Assembly: GCA_016199085.1 (NCBI GenBank)
Contig: JACQHJ010000001.1
Coordinates: 72,477-136,476, forward strand
Reading direction: 5' to 3'
Origin: Candidatus Levyibacteriota bacterium
GTDB lineage: Bacteria; Patescibacteriota; Microgenomatia; Levybacterales; UBA12049
DNA: 64,000 bases
Shown: positions 18,334 through 27,832 of the stretch, in pieces
Numbering within the stretch: the first letter of the stretch is position 1
Layout of the letters: the number at the start of each line of letters is the position of its first letter
Notes under the pieces: model-generated
Seen by the model: only the letters and a program-made list of their open reading frames with translations
Told to the model about the DNA's origin: nothing
Database searches by the model: none
Position numbers and translations under genes: made by a program

Positions 18334-20679
18334 ATGAAAAAAACCTCAGTAAGTACTGAAATCGCAGGAAAGACATTGACACTTGAGACAGGTGAACTAG
18401 CCAAACAAGCTACATCATCGGTTTTGGCCCGTCTTGGAGACACAATGGTTTTGGCAACCGTTGTTGCGGGATCTAAAAACACAGAACTTGATTATTTCCC
18501 ATTATCAGTTGAATACGTTGAAAGACTTTATGCTGGTGGAAGAATAAAAGGATCAAGATGGGTTAAAAGAGAAGGAAGACCAACGGATGATGCAATTTTA
18601 ACAGGAAGACTAATTGATAGATCAATTAGACCCCTTTTCCCAAAAGCATTTAAAAGAGATGTCCAAGTAGTAGTCACTGTTTTATCAGTTGACGGAGAAA
18701 ACGAACCGGATGTACTTTCCATCATTGCAGTATCCGCTGCACTTCACGCATCACCAATCCCATGGGACGGACCAGTTTCTGCAGTTAGAGTTGGACACGT
18801 TAAAGAAAACGGAAACGGAAAGACAGAGTTAATCATTAATCCGGGAAGTGCTGAATCAGATTTCTCAGAACTAGATCTTGTCGCAACCCAGACAAAAGAT
18901 AAAACCTTAATGCTTGAAGCAGGAGCTTTGCAGGTTTTGGAGGAAACAATGGTTGAGGCAATTGCTAAAGCCCACGTTGAAAACAAAAAGATAATTGAAT
19001 TTATCGAAGACTTTGCCAAAAAAGTAGACACTAAAAAAGAAGAAACACCAATTGATGCAGCCTTAAATGAAATGGTTGCAACACTAGATAAAAACTACAA
19101 AGACGAGATATTGGCTTTAATTCCCTCAAGAGCCAGTAAAGAAGGAAACGGCAATGAGGCAGGAGCCTTAATTGACAAAATCTATGAAAGCCAAAAAATG
19201 GCAAACCCTGAAGAAAATATTGACAAGAAAGTAATTGCAACTGCCCTTGAAAAAGTCATGTTTAAAGGAATTAGAGTAGATGTACTAAAAAAGAAAAAAA
19301 GAGCAGACGGAAGAAAAGTCGATGAGATAAGACAAATTGAAGTAAAGGTAGGACTTTTGCCAAGAACACACGGAAGCGCAATTTTCCAAAGGGGAGATAC
19401 ACAGGCTTTGACAGTTGTAACGCTTGGATCTCCCAGAATGGAACAATTGATTGAATCCGCAGAAGGAGAAGAAATTAAAAGATATATTCACCACTATTCA
19501 ATGCCTCCATATTCAATCGGTGAAACAGGCAGAATGGGAACACCATCCAGAAGAGAAATCGGACACGGAGCACTAGCTGAAAGAGCGATTGCAGCCGTTA
19601 TTCCAAGCCAGGATACTTTTCCCTATACGATTAGAGTCGTATCGGAAATCCTTTCTTCTAACGGATCAACATCAATGGCGTCAACCTGCGGATCAACGCT
19701 TGCCTTAATGGATGCAGGAGTTCCAGTTCTAAAACCTGTTGCAGGAATTGCCATTGGTCTTATGACGGGTGAAGATCCCGATAAAGAATATGTTTTATTA
19801 ACAGATATCTTGGGTCTTGAGGATTTCTCGGGAGACATGGATTTCAAAGTTGCAGGAACAGAGAGCGGTATTACGGCAATTCAACTGGATGTAAAAATAA
19901 AAGGGTTAAATATTACCCAGATAAAAGAAACATTTGAGAAAGCAAAGATAGCAAGGCTTGAGATTTTGCAGAAAATGCTTTCAGTAATCCCAACTTCAAG
20001 AGAAGAAGTTAGTGCATTTGCACCAAAGATTGAAATAGTTAAAATCCCGGTTGAAAAAATCGGAGAAGTAATCGGACCCGGAGGAAAAGTAATTAAAAAT
20101 ATTATCGCAACAACAGGAGCCACAGTTGACGTAGAAGATAACGGATCGGTTGCAATTTCAGGAACCTCTGAGGAAGCAGTCCAAAAAGCCGTTGAATGGG
20201 TAAAATCATTAACCAGAGAAATAACAGTCGGAGAAGCTTTTGAAGGTGAAGTAAAAAGAATACTTCCGTTTGGAGCATTCGTAGAATTCTTGCCTGGTAA
20301 AGAAGGAATGGTCCACGTTTCCAAAATGTCTACGGAATTTGTCAACAATCCAAACGACATTGTCCAAATAGGACAAAAAGTTAAAGTAAGAGTTGTTGAG
20401 ATTGACGATCAGGGAAGAATAAATCTTTCGATGCTTTTTGGAGCTGATGCAGAAGCTAAAGAAAAAGCGGGTCCACAAAGAGGTCCGCAAACTGGCGGAT
20501 ATGAACCAAGAGGCTTTACGCCCAGAGGTCCACAAAGAGGAGGACAAAGAAGTTTTGATAGAAGACCACCAATGGGAACAGCCGGACCTTCTTCAGAGCA
20601 TCCTTTGTCAATGCAGTTTAAAAGAGAAAGAAGAGAAAATTGGAGAAAAGATAAATACAGTAAGAAACCACGCTATTAA
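18334..20679 (+). CDS. pnp: polynucleotide phosphorylase with an RG/PQ-rich C-terminal tail
   Basis: Two RNase PH domains, KH (GPGGKVIKNI) and S1 domains, then GPQRGPQTGGYEPRGFTPRGPQRGGQR. Confidence 0.95.
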   Translation: MKKTSVSTEIAGKTLTLETGELAKQATSSVLARLGDTMVLATVVAGSKNTELDYFPLSVEYVERLYAGGRIKGSRWVKREGRPTDDAILTGRLIDRSIRPLFPKAFKRDVQVVVTVLSVDGENEPDVLSIIAVSAALHASPIPWDGPVSAVRVGHVKENGNGKTELIINPGSAESDFSELDLVATQTKDKTLMLEAGALQVLEETMVEAIAKAHVENKKIIEFIEDFAKKVDTKKEETPIDAALNEMVATLDKNYKDEILALIPSRASKEGNGNEAGALIDKIYESQKMANPEENIDKKVIATALEKVMFKGIRVDVLKKKKRADGRKVDEIRQIEVKVGLLPRTHGSAIFQRGDTQALTVVTLGSPRMEQLIESAEGEEIKRYIHHYSMPPYSIGETGRMGTPSRREIGHGALAERAIAAVIPSQDTFPYTIRVVSEILSSNGSTSMASTCGSTLALMDAGVPVLKPVAGIAIGLMTGEDPDKEYVLLTDILGLEDFSGDMDFKVAGTESGITAIQLDVKIKGLNITQIKETFEKAKIARLEILQKMLSVIPTSREEVSAFAPKIEIVKIPVEKIGEVIGPGGKVIKNIIATTGATVDVEDNGSVAISGTSEEAVQKAVEWVKSLTREITVGEAFEGEVKRILPFGAFVEFLPGKEGMVHVSKMSTEFVNNPNDIVQIGQKVKVRVVEIDDQGRINLSMLFGADAEAKEKAGPQRGPQTGGYEPRGFTPRGPQRGGQRSFDRRPPMGTAGPSSEHPLSMQFKRERRENWRKDKYSKKPRY

Positions 20680-20722
20680 AGCCACTAGTAACTTATAGCC
20701 AGTTTTTGTATTATAAAAATGT

Positions 20723-21784
20723 ATGGATTCTGTCCAAAATCTCGATAGTGACATCTTGAAATTAGAAGAAAAGGTAAAAGCCGCAAATCTTCCTTCGGAT
20801 TTAGTTGAAAAAGTAAACACAATGTTATCGATCATAAAAATGAGTTTAAAAACTGGCAACAGCCAGATCTCAAACTTTGAAAATATTCAAAATTATATTA
20901 ATTTAATTTGTTTACTTCCCTTTAACTCTGAAACCAAAGACACAATGGATATTAATTTTGCAAGAGAGGTTTTGGATAAAAACCATTACGGATTAACATC
21001 GGTCAAAAACACTATTTTGGAATATCTGTCAGCTTTGATTTTAAGTATGGAAAAAGCGTCAAGCGCTGAAATAAGAGCACCGATTCTTTGCCTTGTGGGA
21101 CTTGCCGGAACCGGAAAAACAACTCTGGCTTACTCAATCGCAGAGGCTTTGGGAAGAAATTATGAAAGAATTCCTTTTGGAGGAATGGGTGATGCTTTGG
21201 CACTTCGTGGACAATCAAGAAGTTTTGCCGATGCAGAACCTGGTCAGATTATTAAAAAGTTAATTCATGCAAAAAGCAAAAATAGCGTTATACTTCTAGA
21301 CGAACTCGATAGGGTTTCAGACAGTGCCAGGGCAGATATTATGGGAGTATTGGTAGAGCTACTGGATAGTGAACAAAATAAAGCATTTTCCGATCACTAT
21401 GTAGATTATCCTTTTGATTTATCCCATGTATTGTTTGTCGCAACGGCAAATAATACAACCAATATCTCAACAGCTGTACTAGACAGAATGGAGATAATCC
21501 AAATGCCATCATATTCAGATGAAGAAAAAACAGTTATCGGCAAAAATTATTTAATGCCTAAAATAATTAAACAAGCAGGGCTAGTTGAAGGTCAAATTGC
21601 TATTGAGGAAAGCGTCTGGCCGCTAATTATTAGACCCCTTGGTTTTGACAGCGGAACAAGAAGTTTGGAAAGAACATTGGAAACTATTGCAAGAAGAACG
21701 GCAAGATTAATAGTTGAAGGAAAATTAGATAAAAATGGTAGAATGATTGTAACAAACGAAAATATTAAACAATTTATTAGTTAA
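20723..21784 (+). CDS. lon: Lon-type AAA+ ATPase module without the S16 protease domain or the N-terminal substrate domain
   Basis: HYGL, ILEYL, ILCLVGLAGTGKTTLAYSIA, LLDELD, FSDHY, LFVATANN and LLDRMEII match LonA motif for motif. The ORF stops about 5 aa before RNase J begins. Confidence 0.75.
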   Translation: MDSVQNLDSDILKLEEKVKAANLPSDLVEKVNTMLSIIKMSLKTGNSQISNFENIQNYINLICLLPFNSETKDTMDINFAREVLDKNHYGLTSVKNTILEYLSALILSMEKASSAEIRAPILCLVGLAGTGKTTLAYSIAEALGRNYERIPFGGMGDALALRGQSRSFADAEPGQIIKKLIHAKSKNSVILLDELDRVSDSARADIMGVLVELLDSEQNKAFSDHYVDYPFDLSHVLFVATANNTTNISTAVLDRMEIIQMPSYSDEEKTVIGKNYLMPKIIKQAGLVEGQIAIEESVWPLIIRPLGFDSGTRSLERTLETIARRTARLIVEGKLDKNGRMIVTNENIKQFIS

Positions 21785-21786
21785 TT

Positions 21787-23442
21787 ATGGATGATAAAAT
21801 TTCAATAATTCCCCTAGGTGGTGCCTCAGACGTTACCAAAAACATGTATGTCTACGAATATAAAAACGAAATACTTTTGGTTGATTGTGGTCTTGGCTTT
21901 GCCAATGAAACAATGCTTGGAGTAGATCTTCTAATCCCAGATATTTCATATCTAAAAACATCTGGTAAGAAAATTGTCGGAATGGCAATAACCCACGGAC
22001 ATGAAGATCATATGGGAGCTCTTCCCTATATTCTTCCCGAACTTCCATCATTTCCAATTTATGCAACTCCATTAACAGCAGAGTTTGCCAACAGCAAACT
22101 TAATGAATTTGGAGTTACACAACGAGTTCAAAAAGTTGAGTTTAACGGAGGAGAATTAAAAATAGGCAGTTTCACAATCTCTTTTATAAGAATAACCCAT
22201 AGCGTTCCGGATACCTCAAATATCTTTATCAAGACTCCAGTTGGAAACTTCTATCACGGAAGTGATTTCAAATTTGATCTAACTCCCTATGACGGAAAGA
22301 AAACAGAATTTAAAAAAATTTCCCAGGCAGGAGACAGCGGAATTCTTTGTTTACTTTCAGACAGTTTAAGATCTGAAAAGCCTGGAAGGACACCGTCAGA
22401 AAGTAAACTAACTATGGCATTTGAAAAAGCCATGGAAGAAACAGAAGGAAAATTCCTGGTTACAACATATTCTTCTAATATCTCAAGATTAAATCAGGTC
22501 ATCCATGCGGCAGCAAGGTTAAATAGAAAAATCTGTTTTATCGGAAGATCTGTCATTAAATGTAAAGAAATTGCCCAATCAATGGGATATATGAATATTC
22601 CAAAAGGAATGGAGGTCGAAGTCAAAAACCTTCGAAACTTCAAAGATAAAGATTTGGTTTTAGTTGTTGCGGGAAGCCAGGGGCAGGAAAATTCCGCACT
22701 AACCAGAATAGTCAGCGATGAGTTTAAAGAAATAAAGTTAAGACCAGCCGACACTATTGTTTTTTCTGCGGAAGCAATTCCAGGAAATGAAATATCGGTA
22801 AACTCTTTGATAGATGAAATTGCCAAAAAGGGAGCAAGGGCAATTTATTCAGAAGTTTCGGATGAATTTCATGTTTCAGGACACGGCGCATCTGAGGATT
22901 TGATGTTAATGATGAGTCTTACTAGACCCCAAAACGTTATGCCGATAGGAGGCACTTACAGGCATATGGTTGCGTATAAAGCTTTGGCTAAAAGACAGGG
23001 AATTGATGATAAAAACATTTTTGTAGGAGGAAACGGTCAGGAAGTCGTCTTTAGTAAGAACGGCTCCCATTTTGGAAGAAGACTTAACCTAAAGAATGTC
23101 TACGTAGATCAAATATCAGGTGAAGAAGTGGAAAGTTTTGTCTTGATGGATAGGCAAAAAATAGCCAAAGAAGGAGTTGTGGTTGTAATCTGTGAAGTAG
23201 AGCAAGAAACAGGACAGATAGTTGATAATCCAAATATCATTGCCAGAGGATTTCCTTCACAGGATGCTCAGGATCTTTCCAAAAATCTCTCAAGGGAATT
23301 AAGGCTTGCATTATCACGTAAAAAAGAACCTGTCACAAACTGGATTTATATTAGGAGACTAATTGGTGAAGTTTCTGAGAAACACATCTTCAAAGCATTC
23401 AGGAAACACCCCATGGTTTTGCCCATTGTTATAGAAGTTTAA
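21787..23442 (+). CDS. rnj: ribonuclease J (metallo-beta-lactamase / beta-CASP)
   Basis: AITHGHEDHMGALP motif and beta-CASP-like C-terminus. Confidence 0.9.
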   Translation: MDDKISIIPLGGASDVTKNMYVYEYKNEILLVDCGLGFANETMLGVDLLIPDISYLKTSGKKIVGMAITHGHEDHMGALPYILPELPSFPIYATPLTAEFANSKLNEFGVTQRVQKVEFNGGELKIGSFTISFIRITHSVPDTSNIFIKTPVGNFYHGSDFKFDLTPYDGKKTEFKKISQAGDSGILCLLSDSLRSEKPGRTPSESKLTMAFEKAMEETEGKFLVTTYSSNISRLNQVIHAAARLNRKICFIGRSVIKCKEIAQSMGYMNIPKGMEVEVKNLRNFKDKDLVLVVAGSQGQENSALTRIVSDEFKEIKLRPADTIVFSAEAIPGNEISVNSLIDEIAKKGARAIYSEVSDEFHVSGHGASEDLMLMMSLTRPQNVMPIGGTYRHMVAYKALAKRQGIDDKNIFVGGNGQEVVFSKNGSHFGRRLNLKNVYVDQISGEEVESFVLMDRQKIAKEGVVVVICEVEQETGQIVDNPNIIARGFPSQDAQDLSKNLSRELRLALSRKKEPVTNWIYIRRLIGEVSEKHIFKAFRKHPMVLPIVIEV

Positions 23443-23484
23443 TTTAACTTGTAGTTAAGCTTCAAACTTCCTATAATAAAGTGT

Positions 23485-25593
23485 ATGGCAAAAAGAAGAC
23501 ACTACCAAAAACAAAAGTTTAAGATTAAGCTAAAGAAAAATACTGTTTATTCCATTTTTGCCTTTGGAGTAATCCTTTCCGGAATTCTTCTTGGTTCCTC
23601 TTTTGCAAAGACAGGTCCGGCACTAACTACGATTAATGATTATATAAAAGCCTATTTTGGCTTTTTATCATTTTTAGTCCCAATACTTTTAATAATCTTG
23701 GGTTTTTTCTTTTTAAGGCTAAAATTGTTTCTTTCAAGGCCAAACGTAAGTGTTGGATTCTTTATTCTGCTTTTATCCCTTCTTGGCCTTACCAAAGAAG
23801 GAATGATAGGAAACTATCTAAACCAGCTGATCGCCGAAGTCTTAAACGGATTCGGAGCTTTTGCAATTTACCTTGCAGGAGTATTGATAGGTATTATTGT
23901 CTTGTTTGATACTTCTTTAGATGAAGTATTCCAGGTAATATCTGCGGTCTTAGGCTTTATTCCAAAACTATTCCCAGGTAGAATTCTCGCCTTTTTCCAG
24001 AAAAAACAAATTCCTGCATTAGGGAACAAAGAAATGGTCATAAAAGGAATGGAGGACAACAAAAATAAAGATATTAAAATTAACTCAAACGTTGTCAAAA
24101 AAGACGAACCGTTCATTTCGGATAAGTTGGTTATGAATACTCCGGGAAAGCCGGGTGTTTGGAAGCTTCCCCCTTTGGATCTTTTATCCTCTGACAGTTC
24201 TCAAAAAGCAGATAGGGGAGACGTCAAAAAAATTGCGACCTTGATTGAAGATACTTTAAAAAGCTTTGGAATCGGAGCAAGGGTCGTTGAAGTCAACCTT
24301 GGTCCGGCCGTCACCCAGTATGCCTTACAGATTCCTCTTGGAACAAAAGTCTCCAAGATTACAAACCTTGCAAACGATTTGGCATTAAACACAGAAGCTC
24401 CAACAGGACAAATTAGGATTGAAGCGCCGATTCCAGGCAGAAACTTGGTTGGCGTTGAAATTCCGAATAAGTCTTTGGAAGTAGTCTCGTTAAGAACAAT
24501 GTTGTCTTCCGAGCCAATGAGAAAGAGCAAGTCAAAACTTGCGGTATCCCTTGGTCTTGATGTATCAGGAAATCCTTTGCTTGCCGATATTGGGAAAATG
24601 CCCCACGTTTTAATTGCTGGAACTACAGGCAGCGGAAAATCGGTTATGATAAACAGTTTCATAGCTTCACTTTTGTTTAGGGCAACACCCGATGAGATAA
24701 GGATAATTATGATTGATCCTAAAAGAGTTGAACTTACGGGTTATAACGGCATTCCTCATCTAATGACACCAGTCATTGTTGAGGTAGATAAGATTTTGGC
24801 TTCTTTAAAGTGGGCAATGAGTGAGATGGACAGAAGATACAAGACTTTTGCAGAACATGGAGTCAGAAACATTGATTCATATAATGAGCTGGCGGGGTTC
24901 CAAAGACTTCCTTATATTGTTATTTTCATTGACGAACTTGCAGATTTAATGGCTTATGCTCCTGTCGAGGTTGAAGATGCTATTGCAAGGCTTGCCCAGA
25001 TGGCAAGAGCCACAGGAATCCATTTAGTAGTCTCAACGCAGCGTCCATCTGTTGACGTTATCACAGGTCTTATCAAGGCAAATATTCCCTGCCGTATTGC
25101 CTTTAACGTTTCCTCCATGATTGACTCCCGTGTCATCATCGATATGCCCGGTGCTGAAAAACTCTTAGGTCGTGGGGACATGTTGTATATCCCTCCTGAT
25201 CAGGCAAAACCATCGCGCATCCAGGGAGCATTTGTTTCGGAAAAAGAAGTAAGAGGATTGGTTGATTTTCTCAAAAATGAAAATCCACCTGTACAATACA
25301 CAGAAGAAGTATTGGCAGAACCTCTTATTGCCGCCAAAAAAGGCATGGCTTCAATGGGGGGGGACGGAAAAGATGCGCTTTTTGATGAGTCCGTCAGAAT
25401 TATCTGCCAGCACGATAAAGCATCGGCATCGCTACTGCAAAGAAGACTATCAATTGGTTATTCAAGGGCGGCCAGAATACTAGACCAGCTTGAAGCAGTA
25501 GGAGCTGTAGGAAGACAAGAAGGAAGTAAACCAAGGGACGTTTTAATTACGAACGCTGATGAATTCATCGCAAATGTAAGTCAAAATCAGTAA
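23485..25593 (+). CDS. ftsK: DNA translocase FtsK/SpoIIIE
   Basis: N-terminal TM helices, Walker A GTTGSGKSV and a C-terminal gamma wHTH LLQRRLSIGYSRAARILDQLE. Confidence 0.9.
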   Translation: MAKRRHYQKQKFKIKLKKNTVYSIFAFGVILSGILLGSSFAKTGPALTTINDYIKAYFGFLSFLVPILLIILGFFFLRLKLFLSRPNVSVGFFILLLSLLGLTKEGMIGNYLNQLIAEVLNGFGAFAIYLAGVLIGIIVLFDTSLDEVFQVISAVLGFIPKLFPGRILAFFQKKQIPALGNKEMVIKGMEDNKNKDIKINSNVVKKDEPFISDKLVMNTPGKPGVWKLPPLDLLSSDSSQKADRGDVKKIATLIEDTLKSFGIGARVVEVNLGPAVTQYALQIPLGTKVSKITNLANDLALNTEAPTGQIRIEAPIPGRNLVGVEIPNKSLEVVSLRTMLSSEPMRKSKSKLAVSLGLDVSGNPLLADIGKMPHVLIAGTTGSGKSVMINSFIASLLFRATPDEIRIIMIDPKRVELTGYNGIPHLMTPVIVEVDKILASLKWAMSEMDRRYKTFAEHGVRNIDSYNELAGFQRLPYIVIFIDELADLMAYAPVEVEDAIARLAQMARATGIHLVVSTQRPSVDVITGLIKANIPCRIAFNVSSMIDSRVIIDMPGAEKLLGRGDMLYIPPDQAKPSRIQGAFVSEKEVRGLVDFLKNENPPVQYTEEVLAEPLIAAKKGMASMGGDGKDALFDESVRIICQHDKASASLLQRRLSIGYSRAARILDQLEAVGAVGRQEGSKPRDVLITNADEFIANVSQNQ

Positions 25594-25605
25594 GTATTCT
25601 TCCAT

Positions 25606-26247
25606 ATGGTTAAAGCAAGTGAGAGGCTTAGAGAAGAAAGAGCAGAAAAAGGCTTAAGTCTTGAAGAAGTATCACAAAGCACGAAGATAAAGGTCGTTTA
25701 TCTTGAATACATTGAAAAGGGGGAGTATGAAAAACTTCCTTCTGTTTCTCATGCATCCGGATTTGTCAGAAACTACGCCAAATTCCTTGGCCTTAACGAC
25801 GAAGAAGTACTGGGGCTTTTTAGGCGTGAATTTGATACAAATACCGCTTACAGGGTTTTGCCGAAAGGTTTTGAGGAAAAAGAAGAATTTCCCCTAAGAA
25901 GAATCAAGATACGACAAGCTTTTTTTGTAATAGGCTTTATTTTTCTTTTGCTTACTGGCTATATTCTTTTCCAGTACAGATACGCTTTTATCGATCCCCC
26001 CTTGGATCTAAATTCTCCTAAGGAAGAAGAAGTTGTTGCAGCAACTCAGATTACGGTCTCAGGGACCACAGATGCCGATTCAACGGTTTATGTAAATAAA
26101 AATGTAGTAACGGTTGGTAAAGACGGAAGTTTTGAAAAAAGACTAAGTGTATTCCCCGGTAAATTTACAATTGAGGTAAAAGCGGTTAATAAATTTGGTA
26201 AAACGGCTGAGATTAAAAGAGTAATAGAAATTAAACCTGCCTATTGA
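25606..26247 (+). CDS. RodZ-like HTH membrane protein
   Basis: N-terminal XRE-type HTH (LSLEEVSQSTKIKVVYLEYIE, SGFVRNYAKFLGL), a single TM and a C-terminal extracytoplasmic domain. Confidence 0.55.
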   Translation: MVKASERLREERAEKGLSLEEVSQSTKIKVVYLEYIEKGEYEKLPSVSHASGFVRNYAKFLGLNDEEVLGLFRREFDTNTAYRVLPKGFEEKEEFPLRRIKIRQAFFVIGFIFLLLTGYILFQYRYAFIDPPLDLNSPKEEEVVAATQITVSGTTDADSTVYVNKNVVTVGKDGSFEKRLSVFPGKFTIEVKAVNKFGKTAEIKRVIEIKPAY

Positions 26248-26278
26248 CCTTTTGCTGTTTTTAAGCTAATTTATTGAT

Positions 26279-26548
26279 ATGACAGATCCTGCCCAAGCGG
26301 CTTTATTTTTAGTAATTATCATCCTCACGGTACTTCTTGTAGTACTTGGAATTCAGGTCTATTTTATACTTAGGGAGCTTCGAAAAACAATTGATAAGGT
26401 CAATAAAGTACTAGACGATGCAAGCCTAATAACCGAAAGCGTAAGTAAGCCTATTTCTTCTTTATCTACCCTTGCAATGGGACTTAAAACTGGAGCAACC
26501 ATTGCAAAAATATTCCAGGGTAAAAAACACGACAAAAAAGATGAATAA
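26279..26548 (+). CDS. small membrane protein (DUF948-like)
   Basis: N-terminal TM followed by a helical region; 89 aa. Confidence 0.35.
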   Translation: MTDPAQAALFLVIIILTVLLVVLGIQVYFILRELRKTIDKVNKVLDDASLITESVSKPISSLSTLAMGLKTGATIAKIFQGKKHDKKDE

Positions 26549-26876
26549 CCAAAATCAGTCTAGCAGATTCTTTGACGGATTTTTGCTTGGCGTCATAGTA
26601 GGCGCTTTAGGCATATTTTTATTTGGTACAAAATCAGGCAAAAATTTAGTCAAAATTATCTCCGAACAGGGTCTTGAGGGTATTTCAAAATTAATGGAGG
26701 AATATAACTTAATGGATATTGAAGAGTTTGACGAAGAGCCGAAAGTCAAAAAAGAAGCTTCCCATAAACCCAAACATCATCAAGAAGAGACTAACGAAGA
26801 GGTAAAAGAGACGGTTGGTGAAGAAGTGGTTGAAAAAGCTCCTAAGAAAAGATTCTTCAAAAGGTTAAGTAATTAG
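26541..26876 (+). CDS. YtxH-like membrane protein (start reassigned to the ATG overlapping the upstream stop, ATGAATAA)
   Basis: FFDGFLLGVIVGALGIFLFGTKSGKNL resembles the YtxH family N-terminus. Confidence 0.45.
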   Translation: MNNQNQSSRFFDGFLLGVIVGALGIFLFGTKSGKNLVKIISEQGLEGISKLMEEYNLMDIEEFDEEPKVKKEASHKPKHHQEETNEEVKETVGEEVVEKAPKKRFFKRLSN

Positions 26877-27832
26877 AGGCCGAATTCCTCAATGTTGCCG
26901 TTATGTTCCTGAAGGGTTTTTGCATATCTGTTTTTACCGGATGAATCGGTAATGTAATAAAGATAGTCGGTCTCGGCAGGATTTAATGCTGCTTTGATGC
27001 TAGACAAGCCCGGATTTGAAATAGGAGCAGGCGGAAGGCCCGGATTTGTATATGTATTATATGGGGAATTTAGTCTCTTATCTTCATTGGTGAGGGATTT
27101 TTTCCACCATCTTTTTTCATCTTCCTGAAAACCTAGGGCATATTGCAAGGTTGCATCAATATCAAGCTTCATTCCAATTCCTAGCCTGTTGTAGATCACA
27201 GAGGCAACCAAGGGCCTATCTTCTTCAAGTCTTGCTTCTCTTTCAATAAGGGAGGCAAGAACTAAGGTTTGGGTATCTGACAGGTTATTTGTTTTAAGAC
27301 TTTTGACGCTATCGTATTTGGTCTGGAAATTGCTTTTAAAAATGGAAATTATCATATCTATGTCAGCGTCTCTTGGGATTAGATATGTATCGGGGAAGAG
27401 ATAGCCTTCGTTTTGGTCCAAAGTCAGTCTCCAGCTCTCATCATAATTTGGGATTTTTTCCTCTAAAATGTCGGCTATTTCTTCTGCCCTGTAGCCTTCT
27501 GGTATTGTTATCCAGATGTCCAAGGTTCCATGAGTCAGGCTTTCAGCTACCTCATAGGCACTCATCGAAGGATTGAGCCTGAAATCTCCGGCTTGGATCT
27601 TTTTATCAAGACCGTCTTTTTTGGTGATTAAGAAAAAGACAACAGGGTCTCTGATTAGCTTTTCATCTTTTAGGTTGTTGGCAATTTCCCGCACTCCTTG
27701 TCCGTTTTTGACCACGAAGATTTTAGGTGTTGTGTCTTGTGAGTTTACAGGCAGGACTCCGTTTTGCCACCAAAATATTGAAACTACTGCAAATACCAAA
27801 ACTAAGATGACTACTACTATTAGTCTTTTCAT
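26873..27832 (-). CDS. mltG: endolytic murein transglycosylase MltG (YceG family)
   Basis: N-terminal TM and LIEREARLEEDRPLVASVIYNRL..MKLDIDATLQY. Confidence 0.8.
   Translation of the reverse strand: MKRLIVVVILVLVFAVVSIFWWQNGVLPVNSQDTTPKIFVVKNGQGVREIANNLKDEKLIRDPVVFFLITKKDGLDKKIQAGDFRLNPSMSAYEVAESLTHGTLDIWITIPEGYRAEEIADILEEKIPNYDESWRLTLDQNEGYLFPDTYLIPRDADIDMIISIFKSNFQTKYDSVKSLKTNNLSDTQTLVLASLIEREARLEEDRPLVASVIYNRLGIGMKLDIDATLQYALGFQEDEKRWWKKSLTNEDKRLNSPYNTYTNPGLPPAPISNPGLSSIKAALNPAETDYLYYITDSSGKNRYAKTLQEHNGNIEEFGL

Noticed and set aside
26472-26540. Upstream extension of the YtxH-like ORF (ORF-track start 26472)
   Set aside because: It overlaps the preceding gene in another frame; the ATG at 26541 overlapping the upstream stop (ATGAATAA) gives the family-typical N-terminus.
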